Assembly (NCBI GenBank): GCA_016188045.1
Contig: JACPIM010000002.1
Span: 17,198-81,197, forward strand
Source: Candidatus Woesearchaeota archaeon
Lineage (GTDB): Archaea; Nanobdellota; Nanobdellia; SCGC-AAA011-G17; JACPIM01
DNA length: 64,000 bases
Reading direction: 5' to 3'
The notes below the pieces were generated by a model, which saw only the letters and a list, made by a program, of their open reading frames with translations, was not told the DNA's origin and made no database searches. The position numbers were made by a program, and so were the translations under genes. Shown here piece by piece: positions 50,194 to 59,309 of the stretch (positions are counted from its first letter, which is position 1; the number at the start of each line of letters is the position of its first letter).

Positions 50194-50475
50194 TTATTCT
50201 TTTAGTTTGTTAAGTTTTATTTCTAATTCTTTAAATTTGGAATCAAAAACTAATTTCATTATAAACACTAAAATTATGAATACCATTACTGCTTCAAATT
50301 TTATAAGCAATACTAAGTCTGCATCTATGGTATTAGATAAATCTGTGAATAGAAATGTAATTATGATAGTGGCTAAAATTATATGCAGGATATTTGAGGA
50401 GTTTATTAATTTTTGATGCTGTAAGTCATATATATTTTTTTCTAGTGTTTTTAATTCCATTTTATGAGTATACAT
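50194..50475 (-). CDS. Small two-TM hypothetical protein (transposon cargo)
   Basis: Two hydrophobic helices; overlaps the upstream ORF. Confidence 0.6.
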   Translation of the reverse strand: MYTHKMELKTLEKNIYDLQHQKLINSSNILHIILATIIITFLFTDLSNTIDADLVLLIKFEAVMVFIILVFIMKLVFDSKFKELEIKLNKLKE

Positions 50476-50656
50476 CTATAAAATAAATTAGGGCGATAAT
50501 AAAAAATACCCCCCCGAGAATAGTGCTACCTATAGTGTAACCACCGAATTTTACAGAAAAGGGTGCTGATACCATAACTATTAATAGACTTATAATTATA
50601 GTGAATATAGAGAATGTTCTTTGATTATCCCTTCTACTAAATGGACTCAAAACCAT
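50462..50656 (-). CDS. Small two-TM hypothetical protein (transposon cargo)
   Basis: Two hydrophobic helices; TATA-like box upstream. Confidence 0.6.
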   Translation of the reverse strand: MVLSPFSRRDNQRTFSIFTIIISLLIVMVSAPFSVKFGGYTIGSTILGGVFFIIALIYFIDVYS

Positions 50657-50712
50657 ATATAAGACTAGATTTATCTTATTTAAATAATTGATGTTTTACT
50701 AGTGGTAGTAAA

Positions 50713-50776
50713 TAAATCACCCGAATTGGACAGAAAGGGGAAATAATAAAAAATGACCCGACTTTGAGACAATACC
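50713..50776 (-). repeat. Right end: subterminal repeat plus TIR
   Basis: Reverse complement reads GGTATTGTCTCAAAGTCGGGTCAT and CTGTCCAATTCGGGTGATTTA (18/21 to the left subterminal copy). Confidence 0.9.
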
Positions 50777-50797
50777 TTTATAATATATATTTTTAAA

Positions 50798-51526
50798 ATG
50801 ACATATTTAGAAGAGCAAGTAAGAGAAGCCCTTGCTTGCAAAATAGCTAATGAGTTATTTGCATATATAATTGGAGATAAAGAATGTCAAGCCAAGATAA
50901 CTCAAGCTATTAGACAAGCCACAGATTACGTTACTGAAACATATCTAAGTAGGGTCGAGAAAAAGATTAAGCCAATTAAAAAGTTTTTATTTCTATCAGA
51001 ATATGAAAATGAACTCAAACAAGGATTTTATAGGGAATTAATTCAAAGAGCATTATTACAATCAATGAATCTACTAATTTCATCTGAGGAGTTATCTGCC
51101 AGGTTAAACCGCTTTAAAAGAGACGAACCGATCCCAATTGGAGGTGGGGAATATATTCCACATGATAAACATGAAGTTAAAACAAAAAAAGAACTAATAA
51201 GGATATGCGAAGAGTTAAGTGAAGTAGGAAAAACAAATGATGAGATAATAAGAAGATTAGTAGACAGGACAAAAGTAGTAGGACTAGAAAGAGCCCTCCA
51301 AGAAGAAAAAGCCGCTATAAGAGAGATATTCCCCATATCAGACCAATATAAGGCATTTGTAACAGCACTGTGGAAAACCATACCAAATATAGGAAAAATT
51401 CCAACAGGCAAAAAACCCATGGGAAAAATGTTGGATCAATTAATGATTAAATTATTTGATGAGAGTAAAGACGGTTTCTTAGATCAAAGAGTTAAGCAAA
51501 TTTACAGAGACTACAACAAAAGATAA
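50798..51526 (+). CDS. Hypothetical helical protein
   Basis: 242-aa ORF, no recognised motif. Confidence 0.7.
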   Translation: MTYLEEQVREALACKIANELFAYIIGDKECQAKITQAIRQATDYVTETYLSRVEKKIKPIKKFLFLSEYENELKQGFYRELIQRALLQSMNLLISSEELSARLNRFKRDEPIPIGGGEYIPHDKHEVKTKKELIRICEELSEVGKTNDEIIRRLVDRTKVVGLERALQEEKAAIREIFPISDQYKAFVTALWKTIPNIGKIPTGKKPMGKMLDQLMIKLFDESKDGFLDQRVKQIYRDYNKR

Positions 51527-51533
51527 AATAAAA

Positions 51534-51851
51534 TTAAGCCCCCTCTTGAATATATTTTTTTCCAGTTTCTAAACAGTTCTTAGCATTAGCTAATTCTCTT
51601 CCTAAATATGCAGAATGATCCAATCTGGTAATCCATTTATCTTCTATTATTCTTTTGGCTAGAGCAACAGAATCTTTGCTTCTATATGCTTTAATCAGTT
51701 CATATTTATAATTGCAAATACCAACTTCAATTTTTTTGTTTCTTAGTCTAATCAAAAGAAAACACTTTTTATCAATAACTACATGTTTTTTAAATTCTCT
51801 AACTTCTACAAATTTCAATTTTTTTGGTTTTTTTATTGGGTGCAATTTCAT
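51534..51851 (-). CDS. DUF4346-like domain protein
   Basis: ITRLDHSAYLGRELANA..YIQ. Confidence 0.8.
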   Translation of the reverse strand: MKLHPIKKPKKLKFVEVREFKKHVVIDKKCFLLIRLRNKKIEVGICNYKYELIKAYRSKDSVALAKRIIEDKWITRLDHSAYLGRELANAKNCLETGKKYIQEGA

Positions 51852-51905
51852 AAATCATAAACTCATGCGTTAAACTTATAAACTTTATCATTAAATGATT
51901 TCGCA

Positions 51906-52892
51906 ATGGAAAAAGACCCAAGAGTAACAATAGTTATTCCAGTATATAATGAAGAAGAATTAGTTTCCAATGCAATTCAATCTTTATTAAATCAAACTTA
52001 CAAAGATATAGAAATTATAATAATAGATGACGGTTCAACAGACAAAACAGTAGAAAAAGTAAAACAATTCCCTTCTGTAAGACTAATACAAAAAGAACAC
52101 GGTGGCACCGGAAAAGCATGGAATATGGGTGCTGAATTAGCAACAGGCAAAATAATGGTTTTATTTGCAGGAGACATGCAAGCCCCTAAAGACTATATTG
52201 AAAAGTTAGTAAGGCCAATTATAAAAGGAGAAGCAAAAGGCACATTGCACGATATGGAATATATATTAAATGCAGATAATATATGGGCAAGATGCTGGGC
52301 TGCTCGTTGGGGTAAACGTGATGGCAAATATGTTTCATTTATTTCTGGCACCCCATCAGGTTGGACTCCTAATTTTGAAGCGATTTTAATTGATGAATAC
52401 CTAAAACGTGGCGGCATGGATCCAAAAAGAGGATATGCTGACGACCAGTCAATAGGAGAAAGAAATTTTGTAAAATTTAAAATAGTCTATGATTGTTTCT
52501 TGCACCATAATTATCCATCTTCTTTAAAAGAAACTTTTTTTCAAGCAAGATGGATTGGTAGCTCAATGAAATTAAAAAACATGTGGAAAAAATTAGTTTT
52601 AGGTTTAGCTGGCACATTCTTATATTTTACATTAACCATTAATCCATTTCTACAAGTTACAGGCAGTGTAATAGGCCCTACAGCAAAGATAAGTTCTATA
52701 TCTTTCACAAATTCCATTTTAATATTATTAGGAATAGTAATCTTAGCAATTTTACTTAATTCATTAAGAGTAGCAATCAAAGTTAAAGATCAAAAATTGT
52801 TCTTGCCTTATAATTTATTTTTCATTACAAAAATTACCGGTAATATAATAGGTTATTTTAGAAAATTAATATTTAAAAAATATGCAAGATAG
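51906..52892 (+). CDS. GT2 glycosyltransferase with C-terminal TMs
   Basis: PVYNEE, IDDGSTD, QARWIG. Confidence 0.9.
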   Translation: MEKDPRVTIVIPVYNEEELVSNAIQSLLNQTYKDIEIIIIDDGSTDKTVEKVKQFPSVRLIQKEHGGTGKAWNMGAELATGKIMVLFAGDMQAPKDYIEKLVRPIIKGEAKGTLHDMEYILNADNIWARCWAARWGKRDGKYVSFISGTPSGWTPNFEAILIDEYLKRGGMDPKRGYADDQSIGERNFVKFKIVYDCFLHHNYPSSLKETFFQARWIGSSMKLKNMWKKLVLGLAGTFLYFTLTINPFLQVTGSVIGPTAKISSISFTNSILILLGIVILAILLNSLRVAIKVKDQKLFLPYNLFFITKITGNIIGYFRKLIFKKYAR

Positions 52893-53415
52893 AGAGAAAA
52901 TAGTTAATACAGAAACTAAAAAAGGAAGATTGCATAGATGGTTAACTAAAACACCGGGCCAAAGAAAAATAAAAAGTTGGTTAGTAGATAGTGTAGCTAT
53001 AAATCTTTTTTACACACCAACATTAGCATTTAATGAGTTAGTTATTGCTGGAATGGGTTCTTATGAAACCTTAAAAGCAAGATCAATTAGTATCCCATTA
53101 GGATTTTTATTAGGGAGACCATTTGGAAGATTTAGAGAATTTTATGCAAAGCACATATTTAAAGCAGATGAAAACAGCAGCAAAACAAGAAAATTTTTAG
53201 TAGATACAACCGCTAGTCTGGTTTTTAATGCTCCAGTCTACGCTTCTATACTAACTGTCTCTGGTGCCTCATTAAGAGAGATTGCAATCGGGCTTCCTTC
53301 TTATGCCATCCTTAATACCGTCTTAGCAAGGCCTTATGGTTGGTTCTTAGACCAGTTTAGAAAGCCATTCGGAATAAAACCAACACTAGATAAAATCTAC
53401 CATCACAACAAATAG
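52882..53415 (+). CDS. AlaE-like membrane protein
   Basis: VDS..FY..NELVIAGM, GRPFGRFR and ARPYGWFLD internal repeat. Confidence 0.75.
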   Translation: MQDREKIVNTETKKGRLHRWLTKTPGQRKIKSWLVDSVAINLFYTPTLAFNELVIAGMGSYETLKARSISIPLGFLLGRPFGRFREFYAKHIFKADENSSKTRKFLVDTTASLVFNAPVYASILTVSGASLREIAIGLPSYAILNTVLARPYGWFLDQFRKPFGIKPTLDKIYHHNK

Positions 53416-53459
53416 AAATCTTTATTAATATTATATTTACCAAACTTCTGGGGTATGGT

Positions 53460-54479
53460 ATGAAATTTGCAGTTATAGGTTGCGGAAGCTGGGGAAGAAA
53501 TTATGTTCGAGTTTTAAATGAATTAGAAAATTCTAATCTGCTTTATGTTTGTGATAAAGATGAGTCAAAACTAAAAGAGGTTTCAAGGGTTTTTAAAGTT
53601 AGGACTACAACAAAACTTAATGAGGTTTTAGAAGATAATGAAGTCCAGGCAGTTATAATAGCAACAGACGTAAAAAGTCATTTCCCAATTGCAAAAGAAT
53701 GCTTGGCTCACGATAAGCATGTTTTAATGGAAAAACCACTAACAGACTCTGTAAAAACTTCAGAAGAATTAGTTAAACTAGCAAAAGAAAAAGATAAAAT
53801 ATTGATGGTTGGGCATACTTTTATTTATAATCATGCAATCAGAAAATTAAAAGAATACATTAACAATAAAGATATAGGAGAATTGCTTTATTTAACAGCA
53901 AAAAGAAATAATCTAGGCCCGATTAGGACCGATGTAAACGCATTATATGATCTAGCAACACACGATATTTCTATATTTCTTTATTTAGTAGGTTCCTTGC
54001 CAAAATACCTGATTGCAAATGGTGGTTCATTTTTGCAAAAAGAAAAAGACATAGAAGATTTTGTTAATTTATTTTTAGAATTTGAAAATGGAATTAAAGC
54101 AACAATAGAAGCTTCCTGGCTAAGTCCAAAAAAAGTTCGTGAATTAACTTTGGTTGGAAGCAAAAAAATGGTTGTATTTGATGACATAGCTCCAGATAAA
54201 ATAACAATTTTCTCAAAAGGAGCAGAAGCCGCCAAAACAGTGGATTATTCTAATTTAGAATTAAAAGATTACCATATAACCTTGATGGACGGAGATATAT
54301 TGTTGCCAAAAATTAAAATTCCAGAGCCATTAAAAGAGCAGGTAATGCATTTTATTGAAAGTGTAAAATCAAATAAAGAGCCAATAACTAATGGTGAAAA
54401 GGCTATAGATGTTTTAAAAGTTTTGGAAGCAGCTCAAAAATCATTAAAAAATAATGGAGAAAAAGTAGAAATTACTTGA
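53460..54479 (+). CDS. Gfo/Idh/MocA oxidoreductase
   Basis: GCGSWG, EKPL, DLATHD. Confidence 0.92.
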   Translation: MKFAVIGCGSWGRNYVRVLNELENSNLLYVCDKDESKLKEVSRVFKVRTTTKLNEVLEDNEVQAVIIATDVKSHFPIAKECLAHDKHVLMEKPLTDSVKTSEELVKLAKEKDKILMVGHTFIYNHAIRKLKEYINNKDIGELLYLTAKRNNLGPIRTDVNALYDLATHDISIFLYLVGSLPKYLIANGGSFLQKEKDIEDFVNLFLEFENGIKATIEASWLSPKKVRELTLVGSKKMVVFDDIAPDKITIFSKGAEAAKTVDYSNLELKDYHITLMDGDILLPKIKIPEPLKEQVMHFIESVKSNKEPITNGEKAIDVLKVLEAAQKSLKNNGEKVEIT

Positions 54480-54529
54480 GTCCAAAAGAGTAGAAAAGTT
54501 TATATAGTATAATTATACTGTTTATACAT

Positions 54530-54754
54530 ATGATAGAAATAAAATCTAAACTAAGAAGATGGGGTAATTCATTTGGTATAGTAGTACCACAAAGCGCTTT
54601 AAAAGAAGATACCAGAATACGAGAAAATGAAGAAGTAGTTGTTATGATAATTAAAAACAAACCAAATCTAAGGAAATTTTTTGGTGCTCATAAATTTAAA
54701 AAGCCAGTAGAGCAAATGATGAGAGAGATTGATAAGGAATTATATAATGAATGA
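54530..54754 (+). CDS. vapB: AbrB-type antitoxin
   Basis: RRWGNSFGIVVP; overlaps PIN gene. Confidence 0.85.
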   Translation: MIEIKSKLRRWGNSFGIVVPQSALKEDTRIRENEEVVVMIIKNKPNLRKFFGAHKFKKPVEQMMREIDKELYNE

Positions 54755-55115
54755 AGATACTTTCCTTTATGATACTTATGCCCTAATAGAGATTTTAAAT
54801 AAGAATATAAACTATGAAAAATTTACAGAAACAGGTTTAGTTATTAATGATTTTATCTTCGCCGAACTTTGTTTTAAATTGTTTCGAGAAGGAGTTAATG
54901 TAAATGAATATATTGCAGAAGTTTCACCAGCAATTATCCATGCCACTCCTAAAATTATTATAAGAGCAATGTTATTTATAATAGATAATAAAGACAAAAA
55001 TCTATCTATGACAGATTGTATTTCTTATATCCAATCAAAAGAACTAGGAATCAAATTTCTAACAGGGGATAAACAATTTGAAAATTTAGAAAACGTTGAG
55101 TTTGTAAAAAAATAG
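54747..55115 (+). CDS. vapC: PIN-domain toxin
   Basis: DTYALIE, E, SMTDC, LTGDKQF; start placed at ATG 54747. Confidence 0.88.
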   Translation: MNEDTFLYDTYALIEILNKNINYEKFTETGLVINDFIFAELCFKLFREGVNVNEYIAEVSPAIIHATPKIIIRAMLFIIDNKDKNLSMTDCISYIQSKELGIKFLTGDKQFENLENVEFVKK

Positions 55116-55143
55116 AAATAAAATAAAAAAAGAAATTAGTCGG

Positions 55144-55773
55144 CTATTTAGTTGCCTTTGGTTTTGGATAACCAGCATATACAAACTCATCCAATAATGC
55201 GAGCTTGTCTGATGGTACCATTACTAAAGAATTGCCGCTGTCTGCAGGAAGCCATATAGGGCTTCTTGAACCCTCTTCAAATCTAATTTTTTTTGAGACA
55301 TCTGAGCTAATATCGGCCACCCAGAGATGATACTCATCCTCACCACTTAACCAATCCTTATATGTAAGTTTTTTACCTCTCCACTTACCTGCTGCTTCTT
55401 CTGGAATTAATTCATCCAACTTAAAACCCAAAAACGCAGGCAGATTTCCGTGATAAGCTTCATTTATTCTTCCAAAAACATCATCAAGCTGTTTACTGAA
55501 ATCATAAAGTCTATAGTCTAGTCTGCTAGGTAAGGTAAATCTATCCAACTTTTCACTACCCTCTCTTTCAAGTCCTAACTCTTCCTCAACTTCTCTTTCA
55601 AGTCCTTCCACAGGCGTTTTATCGGTTTCTTCAATTCCACCACCCACTAAAGAACAAGCACCAGGAAATAAAAAAGGATACTTTCCAGGCTCAAATTTCG
55701 GTACAAAAACATCCCTTCTTTGTACTAAATATAATCCATCTTCATTTCTTATAATGAGGTTAACAGTTCTCAT
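55144..55773 (-). CDS. Nudix hydrolase
   Basis: GGGIEETDKTPVEGLEREVEEELG Nudix box. Confidence 0.85.
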   Translation of the reverse strand: MRTVNLIIRNEDGLYLVQRRDVFVPKFEPGKYPFLFPGACSLVGGGIEETDKTPVEGLEREVEEELGLEREGSEKLDRFTLPSRLDYRLYDFSKQLDDVFGRINEAYHGNLPAFLGFKLDELIPEEAAGKWRGKKLTYKDWLSGEDEYHLWVADISSDVSKKIRFEEGSRSPIWLPADSGNSLVMVPSDKLALLDEFVYAGYPKPKATK

Positions 55774-55791
55774 TTTAACATCTAACTCCCA
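55767..55791. repeat. 25-bp direct repeat at HAD-stop/next-start junction, copy 1
   Basis: TTCTCATTTTAACATCTAACTCCCA, identical to 57438-57462. Confidence 0.9.
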
Positions 55792-56428
55792 GACTCATTA
55801 AGTCTTGTTTTAATTTATTAGCATCTAAATCATTTTTAGTATCATACACAATACCATGCATTCCTAATTCATTTGCAACAGCAGCATATTTTGCCTTATC
55901 ATCAATATACGCACAATTCCCAGCTTTAGAACCAGATCTCCGCAAAGCTTCTCTGTAGATCAAATGGTTTGGTTTCATTACACCGACCCCATAGGAAGTA
56001 ACAATTCCACCTTGTTCAAATTTACTTAATGTTTTTGGCATTAATCTCCATGCTTGTTGCATGTTTAAGGGATCTGTATTCGATACTGCCAGCAATTTAT
56101 ACCTACCATATAAACTATTAATTAAATCACAAACTGGTTTATTTGGTCCTAATATTAAACTATTCCATAAATTTGCAAATTCAAAAAAAGACAAGGCATT
56201 TTGACTTATGCCTAAAGCTTCACAACTTCTTTCATAATACCCCAAAGAACTTATCTTACCAGTATTATGTAATCTGTCTGGTCCAAGACTTTCTGGTGTG
56301 TCATCAAAAATTTTTGCTACTCCTTCTTTACTTCTCGAACTTAACTTAGCAAACCATTCATAAACAGGATCCATACTAAAAAAATAACAAACATCTCCAA
56401 GATCAAACATAATTGTTTCTATTGCCAT
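55775..56428 (-). CDS. HAD phosphatase (YihX-like)
   Basis: FDLGDV, SNT, MKP, YIDD. Confidence 0.88.
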   Translation of the reverse strand: MAIETIMFDLGDVCYFFSMDPVYEWFAKLSSRSKEGVAKIFDDTPESLGPDRLHNTGKISSLGYYERSCEALGISQNALSFFEFANLWNSLILGPNKPVCDLINSLYGRYKLLAVSNTDPLNMQQAWRLMPKTLSKFEQGGIVTSYGVGVMKPNHLIYREALRRSGSKAGNCAYIDDKAKYAAVANELGMHGIVYDTKNDLDANKLKQDLMSLGVRC

Positions 56429-56484
56429 TATATTTAACTCTAACTTTGATATCTTTGCGGCATAGTTTCTTTAATAACTTCTAT

Positions 56485-57444
56485 TTATTCTACTAATTCT
56501 GGATGCCTTATAGCATAAGACCACAACAAGTGTCTTGAGATTGGCATTAAATTGTTTCCTTGCACTTCAACAAAACCTGCTAAATCTTCTAATCTAACAG
56601 TGCTTGAACCTGTGTATTTGCTACCCTTATGGAACTGTCCAAAATCTTCCACTTTACATGGCAACTTAATGTGTATAGTATGGCCAACACCGGCACCAAA
56701 ATGAGGTGCTGATATAAAGAACGCCCCAAGTGATTCTAGTTTTGCACTTTCTATTATATCATCAGGCAAATTTGATTGTTCTGCGAGTTGTTTTTTGATT
56801 AAGGTTTCTAAAGGTGATCTATTTGCCATATCATCACCAGATAGTTCACTTAAACCTTCTGTATAAAAATATCCTTTAGGATAGAATTCTCTTTCAATCT
56901 CTTGGTCTGTATGCTGAATACCCTTGCTTCTGTCTCCCAATAAAACATACCTTTTTGATTCATCATCAGTCAATATTACAAAAGAAGAGGGTCCAAAAGA
57001 CCAAACAACAGTTACCGGATTAATTTTGTGTACTGTAGTCTGCTCTACAAAATTTGTTTGTCCCAAATATATTATGGCTTGGTATTTTCTAGAATCCATG
57101 AAACTAACACTATGGCTTTCGTACTTCATCATAGGTCTGCTGAATCTTACCGGTTTGCTAGTCTCTACATTGTACAATGCAAGAGATGGGCTACTTCCAT
57201 CATGAGGTCTAATTTCTGTTTTAATACCTTTTTCTGCAAGTTCTGCTTTTGCTTTTTCCAAATCAAGATTCCATTGAGCTTCAACTTTTTTAGAAATTTC
57301 TTCATTTATTCTGGATTTGGGATCATACCTGAGGCTTATTGATCCTGTGAACACAGGAGGCACCATGGTATGAACTAAATAAGGCTCATCTGCCATCTGC
57401 ATACTACAAAGAGCCACTAACTTATCATAATCTGCCTTTCTCAT
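56485..57444 (-). CDS. Degenerate Nudix-fold-like protein
   Basis: YVLLGDRS..PKG and KKQLAEQSNL in place of the Nudix box. Confidence 0.45.
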   Translation of the reverse strand: MRKADYDKLVALCSMQMADEPYLVHTMVPPVFTGSISLRYDPKSRINEEISKKVEAQWNLDLEKAKAELAEKGIKTEIRPHDGSSPSLALYNVETSKPVRFSRPMMKYESHSVSFMDSRKYQAIIYLGQTNFVEQTTVHKINPVTVVWSFGPSSFVILTDDESKRYVLLGDRSKGIQHTDQEIEREFYPKGYFYTEGLSELSGDDMANRSPLETLIKKQLAEQSNLPDDIIESAKLESLGAFFISAPHFGAGVGHTIHIKLPCKVEDFGQFHKGSKYTGSSTVRLEDLAGFVEVQGNNLMPISRHLLWSYAIRHPELVE

Positions 57445-57462
57445 TTTAACATCTAACTCCCA
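57438..57462. repeat. 25-bp direct repeat, copy 2
   Basis: Identical to 55767-55791. Confidence 0.9.
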
Positions 57463-58120
57463 ATTTTCTTAAATCATTTATCAATAATTCATCTCTTTTA
57501 TCTTCATTATCCCAATCATAATGTACACCACGCATTCCTAATATTATGGCTGGTTTAACATACTTTAGTCTATCATCTACATAAACACATTCATCAGATT
57601 GAGCATTTGCAACTGCTATTGCTTCCAAATAATTTTTTTCATTTGGTTTCATACTGCCAACTTTATATGATGTAACAATTCTACCTTTAAATAATCTCAT
57701 AGTAGCAGGAATAATATTCATAATCTGCTTCATTTGTATTGGGTTAGTATCACTTAATGAAACCAACTGATAACCCCTGCTATCTAATCGTTGTGCTAAA
57801 CCACATACCGGTTTATTTTCAGTAAAAATATCACCCCAAGCCCTAGCAAATTCATCAAAACTCATATTTTTTAATTTTAATCTTTCACACATCCACTTAT
57901 AAAATTCTTCATCACTAATAACATTAGTATTATACCTAGCTAATGTATCCGTTTTTTTAGAAGTACCGTATTTTAACACTTCTTTATCAGAAGTTTCATA
58001 AACAATTCCTTCCATTTGAGAAGCAGGAACATCAGTAAACCTAGCAAATCCATTCCAAGCCCTATTAAGGTCAAAATCAACCAAGACTTTGCCTAAATCA
58101 AAAATAACTGTTTTTATCAT
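57446..58120 (-). CDS. HAD phosphatase (YihX-like), paralog of 55775-56428
   Basis: FDLGKV, SDT, MKP, YVDD; shared NKPVC, IVTSY and LGVRC. Confidence 0.88.
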   Translation of the reverse strand: MIKTVIFDLGKVLVDFDLNRAWNGFARFTDVPASQMEGIVYETSDKEVLKYGTSKKTDTLARYNTNVISDEEFYKWMCERLKLKNMSFDEFARAWGDIFTENKPVCGLAQRLDSRGYQLVSLSDTNPIQMKQIMNIIPATMRLFKGRIVTSYKVGSMKPNEKNYLEAIAVANAQSDECVYVDDRLKYVKPAIILGMRGVHYDWDNEDKRDELLINDLRKLGVRC

Positions 58121-58155
58121 GACAAAACCAATAAGAAAGCCATTTTTAAATGTTT

Positions 58156-59232
58156 CTACTGTCTAAAAGTAAATTTTTCACTACCTTCAGTAATATCAAC
58201 CATTTCAACAACTAAACCTCTTTTTTCTAAAGCAGTTTTAGCTTCTTCAAAAATACCGTGATTATTATTTCTCAAGTAGGAAAGTATACCCCCAATAGTG
58301 TCATCAACAAGACCAGTTTTACTGTAATCATCTTCACTTATCAGAGGAGCAAACTTAACTCCTCTTTTATCCACAAGTGGTTTTCCATCAAATAACAAAT
58401 GGATTCTATCTAAAGGTAAGAAGAAAACAGAATCGTGCTCTAAGTGAACACGATCATATTTTTTAGCTCTTTTCATAGTTGCTAATAATTCATCTCGCGT
58501 TAAATCACCAAACCTATATACCCAAGTTAAACTAGGCAGATAAGAATTATATAAACCTCTAACTAATCCAGTAAGTTGCAATCTTTTAACATCAATCTCA
58601 GAAGGGTTTAATCCGCTTTCTTCACTTAATTCAGCAATTGCTTGTTTAGTAAAATCAGTAATCTCAACTTTTCTTCCATCAATCTCATTAACACTAGAAA
58701 TAAAACCAGAAAAAACATTATATCTTCCAGGACCCTCACTTAATTGCCTGGATCTTCTCAATAAAACAATTTCATCATCTTTAGTTACTCCTAAAATATT
58801 CTGTGTTAGCCCAAAATAAAAATTAGCCAAATATAATGTTCTATTTTGTTCTATCACCTTTCTAAGGCCAGTAAATTTACCATCATTTAAAATCTTTAAT
58901 GAGTTAGCTCTATTTCTAACTAGAGATAAAAAAGCCAGTGCCTCTATTGAATTACTATCCCCAACTTCATAAACTACTTTTCCATCAACTATATTAAGGG
59001 AATGCAAAGTTGGTATGCTAGAACTATACCAATGAAAATTTAATTCATTATTTCTCTTTGCAAATTCTCTAAATTCTTCAGCTAATTTTTTATCATCAAA
59101 TATTCTTGTTTCTACTTTTCTAACAGAAATATCATCTTTTCCTTTGATACCATGACTTAAAATCTGAATTTTTCTTTCCATATTATGTGTAAATTCATTA
59201 ACCAATAACATAATAAGCGCTTTGTTTTCCAT
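58156..59232 (-). CDS. Nudix-fold protein with extended N-terminus
   Basis: TKDDEIVLLRRS, FSGF, AELSEESG, EHDSVFFLP. Confidence 0.7.
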   Translation of the reverse strand: MENKALIMLLVNEFTHNMERKIQILSHGIKGKDDISVRKVETRIFDDKKLAEEFREFAKRNNELNFHWYSSSIPTLHSLNIVDGKVVYEVGDSNSIEALAFLSLVRNRANSLKILNDGKFTGLRKVIEQNRTLYLANFYFGLTQNILGVTKDDEIVLLRRSRQLSEGPGRYNVFSGFISSVNEIDGRKVEITDFTKQAIAELSEESGLNPSEIDVKRLQLTGLVRGLYNSYLPSLTWVYRFGDLTRDELLATMKRAKKYDRVHLEHDSVFFLPLDRIHLLFDGKPLVDKRGVKFAPLISEDDYSKTGLVDDTIGGILSYLRNNNHGIFEEAKTALEKRGLVVEMVDITEGSEKFTFRQ

Positions 59233-59309
59233 TCAAAATATTAATACTATCTCTTGGTGGTAAAAATAGTAAACTTTATAAACCATTTTTAAACATATTT
59301 CCCTATAAA

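Larger units (their letters stand above)
43903..50776. mobile_element. IS6-family unit transposon with passenger genes (6,874 bp)
   Basis: TIRs 43903-43926 and 50753-50776 (19/24, first 10 bp GGTATTGTCT identical); TTTATAAT duplicated at 43895-43902 and 50777-50784; one internal DDE transposase. Confidence 0.92.

Noticed and set aside
218-57342. Many 60-145 aa ORFs antisense to or nested in long genes (e.g. 1892-2272, 12024-12461, 34531-34902, 51043-51420, 56924-57342)
   Set aside because: Shadow frames of well-supported genes, with no motifs of their own
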